From Candidatus Dojkabacteria bacterium (GTDB lineage: Bacteria > Patescibacteriota > Dojkabacteria > B142 > OLB20), in NCBI GenBank assembly GCA_035444565.1, contig DAOMOX010000004.1, positions 12,000-75,999 of the forward strand: 64,000 nucleotides of DNA. The letters are read 5' to 3'. The notes beneath the pieces were generated by a model, which had not been told where the DNA came from, ran no database searches, and saw only the letters and a program-made list of their open reading frames with translations. The translations under genes and the position numbers were made by a program. The first letter of the stretch is position 1. Each line of letters starts with the position of its first letter. Below, piece by piece: positions 42,001 through 52,048 of this stretch.

Positions 42001-45000
42001 TAAATACAAATCCTCCTACAGGAAGTTACTTTGTAGTCGGAGGACACTTTTACGGTGTACCAAATGGTAACGGTAAAAATCAACTTAGTGCCCATAATTA
42101 TTCAGATTTACAACATCAGCCATTACAAAGGCAGTTATTGGGTTTAAAGATAGCTGAATGGCACCATACAGTAGGTGTATATCGGAAGGCACAGGGAAGT
42201 AACACAATTTGGGGTGTAGGTTTAATTGAGGGAACAGGAGTTCATCCAGTATATTCTGACGATCTGTATGCTATTTCTTTGAGTGATGTCTCCCTCAATG
42301 TGAGTCCTGCGAGTGAAGTTAATAGTACAGAAACGACAGGTATAAGGGTTGATGGAAGAGATGTGCTAAGTCAACCCATAACGGGCTTATCAGCTGATAA
42401 AGGACTTGTAAAGTTTAAGTTCACTCCGAGACATAGCTTTAGTATTGCAGATAAGTTCGGAGTAGCAAATCCAGTTATTGTTACACTTACATATGATGGA
42501 AATAGCTATATTAAAATTCAAAAGCAAGACCCAACGACGCTTCGAATGATTGTAAAATTTAATGATAGCCAATCTCTAAATCTTGATTGGAATAACGCTA
42601 TTTTAAATGCTGGCACATCTTATGACTTTGAGATACGTTATTATTCAGGTGGAACTATTAGTTTATCGGTTAATGGAGAAGTAAAAGCGATAGCTTCTGG
42701 TGCCACAAATTTCGCTAACGTTCCAAATACAGCGTATTTTGGTTCTGATGGAGGTGCGAATGTCTATGACTCAACTATTAATAGTTTTGTTTCTTTAACA
42801 CCTACAGAAAATCTAACACAATCAAATCTAAAATTTGGGACAAGGAGTCTTAAACTAGTGAATAGTGGAGCTTCACCGGACGAATATGTAACGGACTTTA
42901 CCTCTACGACGAATGCAGCACATACAGTTAGTGCATATATTTTCAATGCGACCTCTGGGGATATTGGAGAAGCAGTAAGCACCTCTGTCGCACAAATAAT
43001 TTTAGATGGAGAATTACAAACGACTCAGTACGAGGATGCTGGAGGAGGTTGGTGGAGGTTGTTAAGTAGGATAAATAAAATTTATGGAGATTATCCAACT
43101 ACTAATATGGATTCTGACCAAGGCCTTTTCACAGGTACATCAAACAGGCTTCTTTCACAAAGCATTAAACCAACCCAAAACCTTCAAACAGTTCAGGTTG
43201 TAATTCCTTTGAAAAAGGTAGGTGCTGGAACTCCTACAACTACCCATTATCAAGTTCGTATCAATACAGATATTGGTGGAGCTCCATCCGGGACTCTTCC
43301 TCCCGGTGGACATTCTTCTTGTATAGCAGTAACTACAAGTACCTCTTATCAAAATATAAGTTTTACTATACAAACAAGTCTCGCAGCTAATACAACATAT
43401 CATTTGGTATTAACCCCATACGTAAATAGTAACTGTAGCACTTTGCAAACAACCGCTGATCCTACAAACTACATAGCATGGGGATATGATGGATCAACTT
43501 CAAGTTACCTACCTGGTGAGAGATCGATATACGATGGAAGCACTTGGACCCAACAAACCTCAAAAGATCATATTTTCACACTGTACACCGGGAGGACTAT
43601 GGTTGTTGGTTTACGTGTTATGCCAGGTAAAAGTGTTTATATGGATGGGGTGCAGGTTGTAAGTTCTACTTCTCTTTCTAACCCATTGCCTCATACTTAC
43701 ACAGATGGTAGTCTGGGTGCTGGTTATGGATGGACCGGGGAAGAACACAACTCTACAAGTACTCGAACACGAGACTCTCTATACTATCCCGTTCAAGACT
43801 CTTTTGGTCCTACTTCGGGAACAGTGAGCTTTTGGTTTAAACCATACAGGCCATTTGGAAGCGGATATGATCAGTCTGCTCAACACTGGATATATTCTTC
43901 ACATACAACTCAGGGTTCACAATCCTCGGTAAGTGCTTATGTTGATAGTGGGAGAAATTTAAACTTTAGGTTGGCAAATGATGCAAACCAAGTTTTTGAT
44001 ATAAGTCAGGGACCCTGGAGTGCAGGAATATTTCAAGTACAAAAATGGCACAATATGGTACTTGTTTGGGATGGGACAAAGTTCAGCGCATATATAAATA
44101 ATGTATTGTATGGAGAAATTAACTATACAGGTACACTGACAATTAATAACGCCAATATGGGCATAGGGTCTACTTCAGGATGGGCTCCAGCTTTTGGAAC
44201 AATCTCGGATTTCAGAATCTATAACAACTCATTAGATGTAAATGAAGTAGGATACCTCTATCAATCCGGCCTCTCTACGCACACCCAAAGTGATATCGAT
44301 GATAAGAAATACAAAACTACTGCCGATTATGAATCTGGAGTACTTGATCTCGGGAATGCTGGACAATGGGGGAACTCACCAAATTTGTTGATTACTGAAG
44401 CTTTAAACGGAAATACCATCAATTACCAAACTCGGAGTTCAGAGGATAACCTCGTATGGTCTGATTATGCTGCCGTTAGCGGTGACACACCTAATCTAAC
44501 GATTTCAAGCCCTCCAAAAAGATATCTACAGGTAAAGGCAACTTTGAATTCACCAAACCAAAACACGACTCCTGAGTTTAATGGTGCACAAATCAATTAC
44601 GTTCAAGATGCAATACCACCAGAGGTTAACGCTACAGAAACAACTATGAAAAGAACAGTCTCTGGGGATACTATAATAGAAAATAACTTTTCAAATTCTC
44701 AAGCTCCGTATTTCAGCTGGGTTGAGGGTGGAGATGATGCCGATGGGTCTGGACTTCGTGGATATTGTTTATATTTAGGTCCAGACATTGCGGGAAATCC
44801 AGCAAATGATAAAGGACTTTTGGGTTCAAGTCCTGGTTCAACTGCAAATACGACGTGTCCTTTTGTGGTAACTACAAATTCCATTGATTTTGCAAATACA
44901 AATCTAAGAGGAAACACATGGTTACAATCAACTACTGATCCATATTACATAGTTATCAGGGCTGTTGATAATACTGGAAATGTTTACGACCTAGAGCCAG

Positions 45001-47213
45001 AAATATTCGGCTTCAAGTTTGATAACACTCCTCCTACTAATCCTAGCGGTTTATTTGCCCCTGCCAGTTACCAGAGATCTTTCGATAGTTTTGTAATATC
45101 ATGGCCAGCCGATGGGACAAATATGGCTCAAGACACACATTCATTAGTAAAAGGTTTCCAATACAAACTTGGTACAAACGGTACTTGGTATGGAGGTGGA
45201 CACACCGGAGATCAAGATTGTAATGACGTTTTGACAACAAATACCTACGCGCTTGATGCCAACTTCGATAACCTACCGTCTGGAGAAACTCCGTTTTATC
45301 TTAGGACTCTTGACTATGCGTGTAATACATCCGCTTCGGCAATTTCGGCAATCTTAAAATACAACTCGACTGCACCGTCAGCTCCGCGAGATCTGTCGGT
45401 TACTCCAGTAACTAACGATAAAAATGAGTTCTCTTTTACTTGGTTGACCCCAGAAATATACCAGGGAGCGGAATCCAACTTGTCATATTGTTACACAGTT
45501 AATACTCTTCCTACGTCTGGTACTTGTATTTTTACAAGCAGTAAATCATTAAATCCTGATGCATTTGCAACACAACCTGGAGAAAATACATTCTATGTAG
45601 TAAGTCGTGATGAGGCCTCAAATATTAACTATGGGGATTATGCATCAATAAAATTCTACGCCAACACATCAGCCCCTGGTGTTCCTAGAAATTTAGATGT
45701 TGCAGATATTTCTGTTAAAACAACTAAAAACTGGAGACTGACCGTATCGTGGGACGAACCAGAAGACTTAGGTGCTGGAGTTGCAAAATACTTTATCTAT
45801 AGATCATTTGCTGAAAATGCTAATTGTAGTGAAAACTTCTCTTTATTTGGAAAAGTTGGAGAAACTGCTGGAGGCTCTTATGTTGACACAAATCTTCAAC
45901 AAAAAGATCATTTCTATTGTGTGAGAGCATGCGATTCGACAAATAACTGTTCTGCAGTGTCTTCGACGGGTAGTAACTTCCCTGATGGTAAATTTACTAG
46001 TCCTGCGATACTTGAATCAGCCCCTGTTGTAAGTAGTGTTTCAACAAGAAGTGCGAGGATTAGCTGGATAACAGATCGAGATTCAGACTCAAGAATTTCA
46101 TATGGATTGGCAAGCAATGATTATTTCAAAGAAGAAGTTGGAAATTCAGAGCAACGAATTGATCATGATTTGATACTTACAAATCTAGAGCCTGGAACAA
46201 CATACTATTTCCAAGCTAAATGGACAGATGAAGATGGAAACTTAGGATTATCCGACGAATATACATTTAAAACTGCACCACCCCCAAGTGTGAAGGATGT
46301 TGTGGTCAGTAGTGTTGGCATTAGTACTGCAGTTATCAACTTCACGACGACTGGTTCATCAAAGGTAAACTTCCTCTATGGTACTTCCGTAAGTTTTGGA
46401 TCAAGTAAAGAAATCGCAACTAGTCCTCTTGAGTCAAGATACACTACCCTACTTGATGGTTTATCAGAAGGAAGTAAGTATTATTTCAGAGTTGATACTG
46501 AAGATGACGAAGGCTATGTTTATGAAGGTACTGTTCTTGATTTCAATACATTGCCACAACCAAAATTATCGAATGTGCGAATTCAACAAGTGAAAAATGC
46601 TGCTCAACCAACAGTCTTAGTCTCCTGGGAATCAAACACAGAAGTCACCTCTGTGGTTAGTTTATTCCCTGAGGGTAAAGCAGATTTGATTAGAGAGGAA
46701 GTTAATTTAGATTTAAAAGGTGGCGAACATCAGATGATTATTCGTGGGCTGTTACCGAATACTGTGTATGAGTTATTAGTTAAGGGGTCTGATAAATTAG
46801 GAAATCAAGCAACATCAACTGCACAGAGAATAACAACTGCAACTGATACTAGACCTCCTGCAATTTCAAACGTACAGATTGAAGCTGGTAAAGGTAATGT
46901 TACTGATAGTTCTCAATTCATAGTTACATGGACAACAGACGAGCCCACCACTTCACAAGTTGAATATGGAGAAGGTACAGGTAGTAGCTATCCACAGAGA
47001 TCACAATTGGATAGCAATTTTACACTTGATCACACCATCGTAATTTCTGGTTTAGCACCTGGAAAGGTTTACCATTTGAGAGCAGTTTCAACTGACGATG
47101 CAGAGAACACAACATACTCTCTAGACTATGTCGCAATTACTCCAAAAGAGTCTAATAGTGCAATAGAGCTTGTGATTAGTAGCTTGTCTAGGGTGTTCTC
47201 CTTCCTGAGATAA
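39045..47213 (+). CDS. giant cell-surface protein: N-terminal TM, DUF2341-like domain, LamG/ConA and CBM-like domains, C-terminal fibronectin type III repeats
   Basis: Basic N-terminus then TM; DCDDLRV...YYLYY (DUF2341-like); W.HLAFVYDG...DEFRIS and [11 protein letters not shown]...DFRIYN (LamG); repeated W.TD..S...YG / L.PGT.YY (Fn3); probable ATG at 39045 (ORF track TTG 38994). Confidence 0.85.
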   Translation: MRVSRPNKSLQRMHRDYSRIFRIRKNFIRKKLKQISKFLFFKKITLARWQLNTFTVMMLSLGFVLGTYAMVMELVPILRALDETSYTLVQGGDGELTSGSGTDVVISASAVSLGKDDNWFDMGWNLKRQLTIKNLSAITLPSNTPIQLTLNTKELFDASNIQNDCDDLRVIYSTGVGNHTELARSYYKASGATDCSDSTATVVTFPIQAELTAGATSSNYYLYYKNSGATNPGFGDNGYNIGDAEATMVCPFNGSTTCVDGETPSTATGALRFSGGSAIETDGAWDNPDKITGPTLPSVSQYTIEFFVKNNGNFNSYAGIYGGWGGFDANDINTGGSVNGMLLNPGSLGLIGLTVNHSSGQWVHLAFVYDGVNYSVYENGNRIYYTPKTFSISAQGFYLGARNSYRGFKGLYDEFRISNIARYSGSFTTPTSNFTADANTLVLYHFDENGDDLRNTGKAYDSSGNGYHGTISGAKYTSNTLGIYQGTATPIKTQNIFTHEGVLLEEGATNLITNPSFENTTYNLNWGNSFFNYNNTLDTFTASITKRNSAGPFTSGVILQDDYGDTSSLTSDQLSFSHGTTLWGDFSNSSDDDQGTLVFWWTPEYSSSTMNTGSTMFMEMRSSSNFTYNWVDDKFYLGGSPIGTYDFSAGQTYLVVLRWDKDNNIIANTANLSIDNVSIGDASSSGHVWEDDWGSTNLWAFDGVVEGMTVYRRPLFDGLYGIDMGTGDEIEQIYNAGAGKDPTLITGSWDVVFAMPTNSDNGVITTGTGNAWSHPHQLNLLYTNSTNTGGYMLNGDYSIDNWTGIASPQSISALSTVEKIYSGGYKIESNLINQGISRSFAASSGGDYVIRAIGNSDGTCTPVVKILRADGITEITSKVGTSLSTKSSPEVYIFTWESPALEDNIIQLLNTNSSGICYWHQAEVYNNLFNNPSLESGAGDPWIPTSWWNANIPVGGTQQETTIVHSGQSSIKHNLNSLNTSIGTNLNTNPPTGSYFVVGGHFYGVPNGNGKNQLSAHNYSDLQHQPLQRQLLGLKIAEWHHTVGVYRKAQGSNTIWGVGLIEGTGVHPVYSDDLYAISLSDVSLNVSPASEVNSTETTGIRVDGRDVLSQPITGLSADKGLVKFKFTPRHSFSIADKFGVANPVIVTLTYDGNSYIKIQKQDPTTLRMIVKFNDSQSLNLDWNNAILNAGTSYDFEIRYYSGGTISLSVNGEVKAIASGATNFANVPNTAYFGSDGGANVYDSTINSFVSLTPTENLTQSNLKFGTRSLKLVNSGASPDEYVTDFTSTTNAAHTVSAYIFNATSGDIGEAVSTSVAQIILDGELQTTQYEDAGGGWWRLLSRINKIYGDYPTTNMDSDQGLFTGTSNRLLSQSIKPTQNLQTVQVVIPLKKVGAGTPTTTHYQVRINTDIGGAPSGTLPPGGHSSCIAVTTSTSYQNISFTIQTSLAANTTYHLVLTPYVNSNCSTLQTTADPTNYIAWGYDGSTSSYLPGERSIYDGSTWTQQTSKDHIFTLYTGRTMVVGLRVMPGKSVYMDGVQVVSSTSLSNPLPHTYTDGSLGAGYGWTGEEHNSTSTRTRDSLYYPVQDSFGPTSGTVSFWFKPYRPFGSGYDQSAQHWIYSSHTTQGSQSSVSAYVDSGRNLNFRLANDANQVFDISQGPWSAGIFQVQKWHNMVLVWDGTKFSAYINNVLYGEINYTGTLTINNANMGIGSTSGWAPAFGTISDFRIYNNSLDVNEVGYLYQSGLSTHTQSDIDDKKYKTTADYESGVLDLGNAGQWGNSPNLLITEALNGNTINYQTRSSEDNLVWSDYAAVSGDTPNLTISSPPKRYLQVKATLNSPNQNTTPEFNGAQINYVQDAIPPEVNATETTMKRTVSGDTIIENNFSNSQAPYFSWVEGGDDADGSGLRGYCLYLGPDIAGNPANDKGLLGSSPGSTANTTCPFVVTTNSIDFANTNLRGNTWLQSTTDPYYIVIRAVDNTGNVYDLEPEIFGFKFDNTPPTNPSGLFAPASYQRSFDSFVISWPADGTNMAQDTHSLVKGFQYKLGTNGTWYGGGHTGDQDCNDVLTTNTYALDANFDNLPSGETPFYLRTLDYACNTSASAISAILKYNSTAPSAPRDLSVTPVTNDKNEFSFTWLTPEIYQGAESNLSYCYTVNTLPTSGTCIFTSSKSLNPDAFATQPGENTFYVVSRDEASNINYGDYASIKFYANTSAPGVPRNLDVADISVKTTKNWRLTVSWDEPEDLGAGVAKYFIYRSFAENANCSENFSLFGKVGETAGGSYVDTNLQQKDHFYCVRACDSTNNCSAVSSTGSNFPDGKFTSPAILESAPVVSSVSTRSARISWITDRDSDSRISYGLASNDYFKEEVGNSEQRIDHDLILTNLEPGTTYYFQAKWTDEDGNLGLSDEYTFKTAPPPSVKDVVVSSVGISTAVINFTTTGSSKVNFLYGTSVSFGSSKEIATSPLESRYTTLLDGLSEGSKYYFRVDTEDDEGYVYEGTVLDFNTLPQPKLSNVRIQQVKNAAQPTVLVSWESNTEVTSVVSLFPEGKADLIREEVNLDLKGGEHQMIIRGLLPNTVYELLVKGSDKLGNQATSTAQRITTATDTRPPAISNVQIEAGKGNVTDSSQFIVTWTTDEPTTSQVEYGEGTGSSYPQRSQLDSNFTLDHTIVISGLAPGKVYHLRAVSTDDAENTTYSLDYVAITPKESNSAIELVISSLSRVFSFLR

Positions 47214-47216
47214 ATT

Positions 47217-48506
47217 TCATCGACTGCCTATAACCGGAATCTCCTCCCACCTTGTAGTATATCTCGGTGAACGAAGTGCCTGTTCTTTGATTGGATTCAA
47301 GAAAACCATTTGATTCGCATACTTAACTGTGCCTTTTCCCCAGATAGAGTTGAGTTTATCAAACGATTTCATAAGGATTCTCTGTTTTATATCTTCTTGA
47401 GGATTTGGGGTAGTGAAAATGTTTTGTTGGTATTCGCCTTTATTGTAGAAATTCTCCAAAAACACCCCTGCCCTTTTGTATTTGTATCCTGAGCGGAAAA
47501 TCTGCCTCAGGCCATTGAGCGCATTCTTCGTCAAGAGTGGTGTGTAATCGGTAGGTGTTTCGAGTTTTATCAAGTATGAATTAGAGTATCGTCCTTCGGG
47601 GGTAAATCTATCTGTTGTAAGGAAAACCCAAATCCTGGATGTTACTGAACCCTGTGCTCTTAGGCTTCTGGAGGCACTATCGGTGAAGCGTGCTACCGCT
47701 TGAGCGACTTGGTTGTATTCGGTGTAAGCTTTCTTGAACGTACGGCTACAGAGTATGCCTTTTTTCGAGCTACGATGTGGGTTGATTGGGTAACATCGAA
47801 TACTATGGAGTTCAAGCCAGGTACGTTCGAGCATAACTCCATATTCTTGTCGAAGTAGATGTCTATCAGCTTTGAGGAGGCTTGGGATGTCTGCAATATC
47901 AAAAATCTTTAATCTTCTAGCAATACGTCCTCCTATTCCCCAAATGTCATCAATGTCGAGATGTTTTAAATATTCAATATGTCTATAGTCGGTAATGTCA
48001 TTTATCTGATAAACCCCATCATTTTCGATGAATTTCTTGGCGATTTTGTTAGCAAGTTTGGCTAAGGTTTTGGTGTTTGCTAGTCCGATTGAGATTGGAA
48101 TACCTGTCCAGCGATAAATTGTCTCTTTCATTTCTATTGAGTTCCGAAGCATTCTCTGTGGTGACGTTATAGGAATTCGTAGAAATGCCTCATCAATAGA
48201 ATATATCTCAATTTCCTGACAAAACTCATGTAGTGAACGAAATACTCTCTCTGACATATCCTGATAAAGTGTAAAGTTTGCGGAGCGCACAGCGACGTTG
48301 TTCTCGATAAATCGATCTTTCCATTCAAATAGAGGAGCTCCCATGGGGACTCCCATGGCTTTCAATTCGTTTGATCTGGCGATGACACATCCGTCATTAT
48401 TAGAGAGAACCGCTGTCGGGCGATTACGGAGTGTCGGATCAAAGACTCTCTCGCAAGAAACATAGAAATTATTGCAGTCGACGATACCATAAATATCGGA
48501 AGACAT
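47217..48506 (-). CDS. umuC: Y-family DNA polymerase V catalytic subunit
   Basis: VDCNNFYVSCERVF, VLSNNDGCVIARS, YSIDEAF, C-terminal SPRYTTRW (DUF4113). Confidence 0.95.
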   Translation of the reverse strand: MSSDIYGIVDCNNFYVSCERVFDPTLRNRPTAVLSNNDGCVIARSNELKAMGVPMGAPLFEWKDRFIENNVAVRSANFTLYQDMSERVFRSLHEFCQEIEIYSIDEAFLRIPITSPQRMLRNSIEMKETIYRWTGIPISIGLANTKTLAKLANKIAKKFIENDGVYQINDITDYRHIEYLKHLDIDDIWGIGGRIARRLKIFDIADIPSLLKADRHLLRQEYGVMLERTWLELHSIRCYPINPHRSSKKGILCSRTFKKAYTEYNQVAQAVARFTDSASRSLRAQGSVTSRIWVFLTTDRFTPEGRYSNSYLIKLETPTDYTPLLTKNALNGLRQIFRSGYKYKRAGVFLENFYNKGEYQQNIFTTPNPQEDIKQRILMKSFDKLNSIWGKGTVKYANQMVFLNPIKEQALRSPRYTTRWEEIPVIGSR

Positions 48507-48976
48507 CAGAGTTCATGAATATTGTAGGCAACTACACCCCATATCTCGAAGTCGTTCTCCGGAGTAATACGATAAAGTGTGGATCTGGTATTCCAGGGCG
48601 TCAAATATGTGATGTGTTTAGATATTAATATCTTTTTGATTAATAATTCACCATCTAGGCTCACGACAACGATTGATTTATCTGTAATGGGTAATGAACG
48701 ATCCACTACAAGTAAATCTCCTTTGTGGATTCCCCATTTTCTCAAGTCATTATCCCCTGCTTTCATAAAAAATGTACTGGAAGGCTTTTTAATAAGATAT
48801 GACTGAATATCGAGTTTTAGGTCAGATTCGTTTCGAATAGGAGTCGAAAAAGCTACTGTAGAAAGTTCGAGATCCTTTCGAGATTCATTTTTCTGTTCTT
48901 CGTACAATCTAGTCGAACGGAAGTCCTCCTGATAGTCTAAGAATGTTGTTTCGGGTGCGTAGATATTATTCTGCAT
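48506..48976 (-). CDS. umuD: UmuD-like S24-family protein lacking the catalytic Ser and the cleavage dipeptide
   Basis: LD...YLIK.PSSTFF, GI..GDLLVVDR, LDGE..IK, IWGVV; sits between lexA and umuC. Confidence 0.8.
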   Translation of the reverse strand: MQNNIYAPETTFLDYQEDFRSTRLYEEQKNESRKDLELSTVAFSTPIRNESDLKLDIQSYLIKKPSSTFFMKAGDNDLRKWGIHKGDLLVVDRSLPITDKSIVVVSLDGELLIKKILISKHITYLTPWNTRSTLYRITPENDFEIWGVVAYNIHEL

Positions 48977-49628
48977 GTTTGGTTGAGAAATTAGGGTTAT
49001 CTAAAACTGCTACGACTTTGCCGTAGATATCTGTATCTCCTAGAGAAGATGCATCTAGGTAGAATGGTTTGTGTCGTGTGTTGGTGGACTCTGGGTAAAG
49101 TACCACGATGTTTCGGTCTTTTTTGATAGTTTTGATAGTTGCGCAGTTATCGATAATTGCTAAAACAACATCGCCATTTTTGATATCAACGTTTTTTGCT
49201 ATGACTGCATACTTGCCATCCTCGAGTGTTCCTCCATCAACTTCACGCATGTTCATAGAATCTCCTTTTATCATAAGGGCGAAGACGTCCTTGGTGACTG
49301 GAAGGAGACTGCGATTAATACGTAAATAGCCAAGTTGTTGTTCCTGGGCTATCACCATAGGTGCTCCAGCATTTGCATAGCCGAGGATATTTACATCTAT
49401 AAACATCTGTCCGGACTGTGTTTCCCGAAGAGTTATACCTCGGGACGACGAAGATCGATTTATCAATCCTTTTTTCTCAAGTGCTTGTAGATGTTTAACG
49501 ACTGCTCTGCGAGTGATACCAAGTGCTCGCTCCATCTCTGTAAGTGTGGGTGCTTGGCCAGTTTCGATAATGAAGGACTTTATAAGGGATAGTATTTCGT
49601 TTTGTCTTGTGGTTATGGTATGTGTCAT
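48966..49628 (-). CDS. lexA: LexA repressor
   Basis: T.RQ.EIL..I......G.APT..E wHTH, HLQALEKKG, Ala-Gly site (ANAGAP), GDSM Ser, ATIK Lys; probable ATG at 49628. Confidence 0.92.
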   Translation of the reverse strand: MTHTITTRQNEILSLIKSFIIETGQAPTLTEMERALGITRRAVVKHLQALEKKGLINRSSSSRGITLRETQSGQMFIDVNILGYANAGAPMVIAQEQQLGYLRINRSLLPVTKDVFALMIKGDSMNMREVDGGTLEDGKYAVIAKNVDIKNGDVVLAIIDNCATIKTIKKDRNIVVLYPESTNTRHKPFYLDASSLGDTDIYGKVVAVLDNPNFSTKHAE

Positions 49629-49631
49629 ATA

Positions 49632-49681
49632 GGTATACTTAATATACTTAAAATGGTATACAAGGTATACAAGAATGTCAA
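49632..49681 (-). promoter_or_regulatory. sigma70-type promoter of the lexA-umuDC operon with two candidate LexA operators
   Basis: Minus-strand TTGACA (49681-49676), 17-nt spacer, TACCAT (49658-49653); GTATAC-N3-GTATAC at 49656-49670 and GTATAC-N3-ATATAC at 49633-49647. Confidence 0.7.
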
Positions 49682-49741
49682 GCAATTAATATAATTTTAT
49701 GAACTTTAATATTGGAAGATTGAAGTACTAAGTTATCTAAG

Positions 49742-50071
49742 TTAGATATATTTCTCACCGAGTTTCTTGTGATTCTTGCCCCAAGTAGACATTGAAACTA
49801 AAACAGGTCTTAGAGTTTTCCCGTAAGGAGTGATTGAATATTCAACCTTTGGTGGGATCACGGGAAATATCTTTCGCTTTATGAGTCCATCTTTTTCAAG
49901 TTCACGTAACTGCGATGTAAGCATTTTTTGTGTAATACCGGTGATTTCTTTCTGTAATTCACTAAATCTTAGAGTTTTTTGATCAAGATGCCACAGAAGA
50001 AGTGGTTTCCACTTTCCTCCTATTACTTTCAAAGTAATATTTACCGGGTTATCACTGTTGCAGACTCTCAT
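49742..50071 (-). CDS. HxlR/DUF24-family winged-helix transcriptional regulator
   Basis: PV..TLKVIGGKWKPLLLW, RFSEL, ITQKMLTSQLRELEKDGLI.R, PPKVEYSIT; probable ATG at 50071. Confidence 0.93.
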   Translation of the reverse strand: MRVCNSDNPVNITLKVIGGKWKPLLLWHLDQKTLRFSELQKEITGITQKMLTSQLRELEKDGLIKRKIFPVIPPKVEYSITPYGKTLRPVLVSMSTWGKNHKKLGEKYI

Positions 50072-50096
50072 TTGACGAATATTAGTATATATAATG

Positions 50097-50124
50097 TAAG
50101 TATAGCATATAAAAGTAAGTACTT
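50097..50124. promoter_or_regulatory. putative HxlR operator in the divergent intergenic region
   Basis: Repeated AAGTA units ending in the palindromic AAGTACTT between the divergent hxlR and LUD genes. Confidence 0.35.
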
Positions 50125-50192
50125 GTATTAAATATAACATATCTTGTATGGTGTTTGTATCCTTCATTACTTTATTTATTATTTATATAACT

Positions 50193-50801
50193 ATGTGGAA
50201 CAAAATAGCGGATGATGCAACAATTATGAAAACAGTAAAAGCTTTAGAAGCCAACCAATTTTTAGTCACAGTGGTAAATAATGCCATTGAAGCAAAAAAG
50301 GAAATCGAAACATTAATCCCAGCAGGCTCACAGGTAATGCAAATGAGTTCGGAGACATTAGATAATACAGGAATTTCCGATATGATTAATTCAGATAACT
50401 TTGATGCAATTAAACCAAAATTGTGGGCAAAAGGTGAGAATGCACTCTCTCCTCAAGAGAAAGCTATTGCAGCAAACTTGGCTAAATATTCAGTCGGGAG
50501 TCTACAAGCCATCACAGGAAATGGAGAATTAGTAATTGCTTCAAACACAGGGAGTCAGATGGCTGCTTATGTTTATGGGTCAGAAAAAGTAATATTCGTC
50601 GTAGGTGCTCAGAAACTAGTTAAAGATATTGATGCAGCTATGAAGAGGATTTATGGTCACGTTTTACCTCTTGAAAGTGAACGAGTGAAAAAAGCTTACG
50701 GTATGGAGAAAAGTAATGTAAGTAAGTTGTTAATAATCAATAAAGAGACACAACCTGAAAGAATTCATATAGTAATCGTTAAAGAGAGTCTCGGGTTCTA
50801 A
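50193..50801 (+). CDS. LUD-domain (lactate utilization protein-like) protein
   Basis: A.T.NGEL.IAS.TGSQ.....YG..KVIFVVGAQKLV.D...A..RI; ends RIHIVIVKESLGF; probable ATG at 50193. Confidence 0.82.
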   Translation: MWNKIADDATIMKTVKALEANQFLVTVVNNAIEAKKEIETLIPAGSQVMQMSSETLDNTGISDMINSDNFDAIKPKLWAKGENALSPQEKAIAANLAKYSVGSLQAITGNGELVIASNTGSQMAAYVYGSEKVIFVVGAQKLVKDIDAAMKRIYGHVLPLESERVKKAYGMEKSNVSKLLIINKETQPERIHIVIVKESLGF

Positions 50802-50863
50802 AACTTTCATACAAAATAATTTTTTGCTAAACTATTGCACATTATTTGTTAAACTTTAATAAA

Positions 50864-51109
50864 ATGGCTGGTAAAGAAGGTGGAGATAATCCAAACCATG
50901 TATGGGAGAAAAGGAATGTAACAACTGGAGAAGAACCAATAGAAGTATCCGAACAGCAAAGGGCATTCGAAAATAGAATAAATGATATACCTGAAGATGA
51001 GTGGAACCAGGATCCTCAGCAAGCCTATGGTCGTGCAGTTGTAGGCGATTTAGACGAAAAATTTAACCACAAAATCAAAAATGAAAGAGGAAGAACTGAC
51101 TCCGTATAA
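50864..51109 (+). CDS. small hydrophilic hypothetical protein
   Basis: ORF with ATG at 50864 that overlaps the start of pip. Confidence 0.45.
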   Translation: MAGKEGGDNPNHVWEKRNVTTGEEPIEVSEQQRAFENRINDIPEDEWNQDPQQAYGRAVVGDLDEKFNHKIKNERGRTDSV

Positions 51110-52019
51110 CAACGGCTACATCCAAGTTAGCGATAAGCACAAACTCTACTACCACCAATACGGAAATCCCGAAGGTGAAGTCGTGCTTCAAATTCATGGT
51201 GGACCAGGGTCAAACTCAAAACCAAAACATGTCAATCCGTATGATTTGAAACGTTTTAGAGTAGTGCTTTTTGATCAAAGAGGTTGTGGTAAGTCAGAAC
51301 CTGCTGGTTTACTTGAAGAAAATACTACGACAGATACAGCTGAGGATATTGAGAAACTTAGAGAGTACCTAAAGATTGAAAAATGGTACATTCATGGACC
51401 GAGTTGGGGGTCAACCATAGCGTTGCTGTATGCTCAAAAACATCCTGAAACTGTAAAGAAATTATTATTAAGAGGGGTTTTCTTGGCATCAAAAGCAGAA
51501 AATGATTGGCTCTTTAAGTACGGTGCCAATCAACTATTTCCTGATAAATTTGAAGATTTGATGAATATTATCCCAAGTGATAAAAGAGAAGATTATTTAG
51601 AATATTTATATGAAATCGCAAAAGTTAATAATAAAGAACTAAAAGAAAAGTTATTTACAAACTTTGGGAAGTGGGAGGGTTCAATTCTTAGTTTGTTCCC
51701 CGAAGAAGATGAAGCAAGTGAAGTTGATATCGAGAAAGAAATTGTATCATCATCAATAATGCTTCATTATTCAGTTAACCATTATTTCCTCGAAGACGAA
51801 GAAATATTAAAGGATGAAAATATCCAAAAGTTAAAAGATATTCCCATGGTGATAGTAAATGGCAGGTACGACATTGTCACACCGATTATTTCTGCTTGGA
51901 AGTTGCATAAGGCACTCCCCCACTCGTTTTTAGATATTGTCCACCTAGCTGGTCATCATGGAAGTACAGACATTGAGATGGTGAAGGCGATACAGAAGTG
52001 GATTGATTTCGACTTCTGA
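51081..52019 (+). CDS. pip: proline iminopeptidase (S33)
   Basis: G.IQVSD.H.LYY..YGNP.G, HGGPG, FDQRGCGKS, GPSWGST, LRGVFL, GRYD...P. Confidence 0.9.
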   Translation: MKEEELTPYNNGYIQVSDKHKLYYHQYGNPEGEVVLQIHGGPGSNSKPKHVNPYDLKRFRVVLFDQRGCGKSEPAGLLEENTTTDTAEDIEKLREYLKIEKWYIHGPSWGSTIALLYAQKHPETVKKLLLRGVFLASKAENDWLFKYGANQLFPDKFEDLMNIIPSDKREDYLEYLYEIAKVNNKELKEKLFTNFGKWEGSILSLFPEEDEASEVDIEKEIVSSSIMLHYSVNHYFLEDEEILKDENIQKLKDIPMVIVNGRYDIVTPIISAWKLHKALPHSFLDIVHLAGHHGSTDIEMVKAIQKWIDFDF

Positions 52020-52048
52020 GTTTATCCTGTGGCTTGTGCCACCCGGAG

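Noticed and set aside
38994-49685. Diversity-generating retroelement targeting the giant protein
   Set aside because: No reverse transcriptase and no TR/VR pair with adenine-specific mismatches seen in the window
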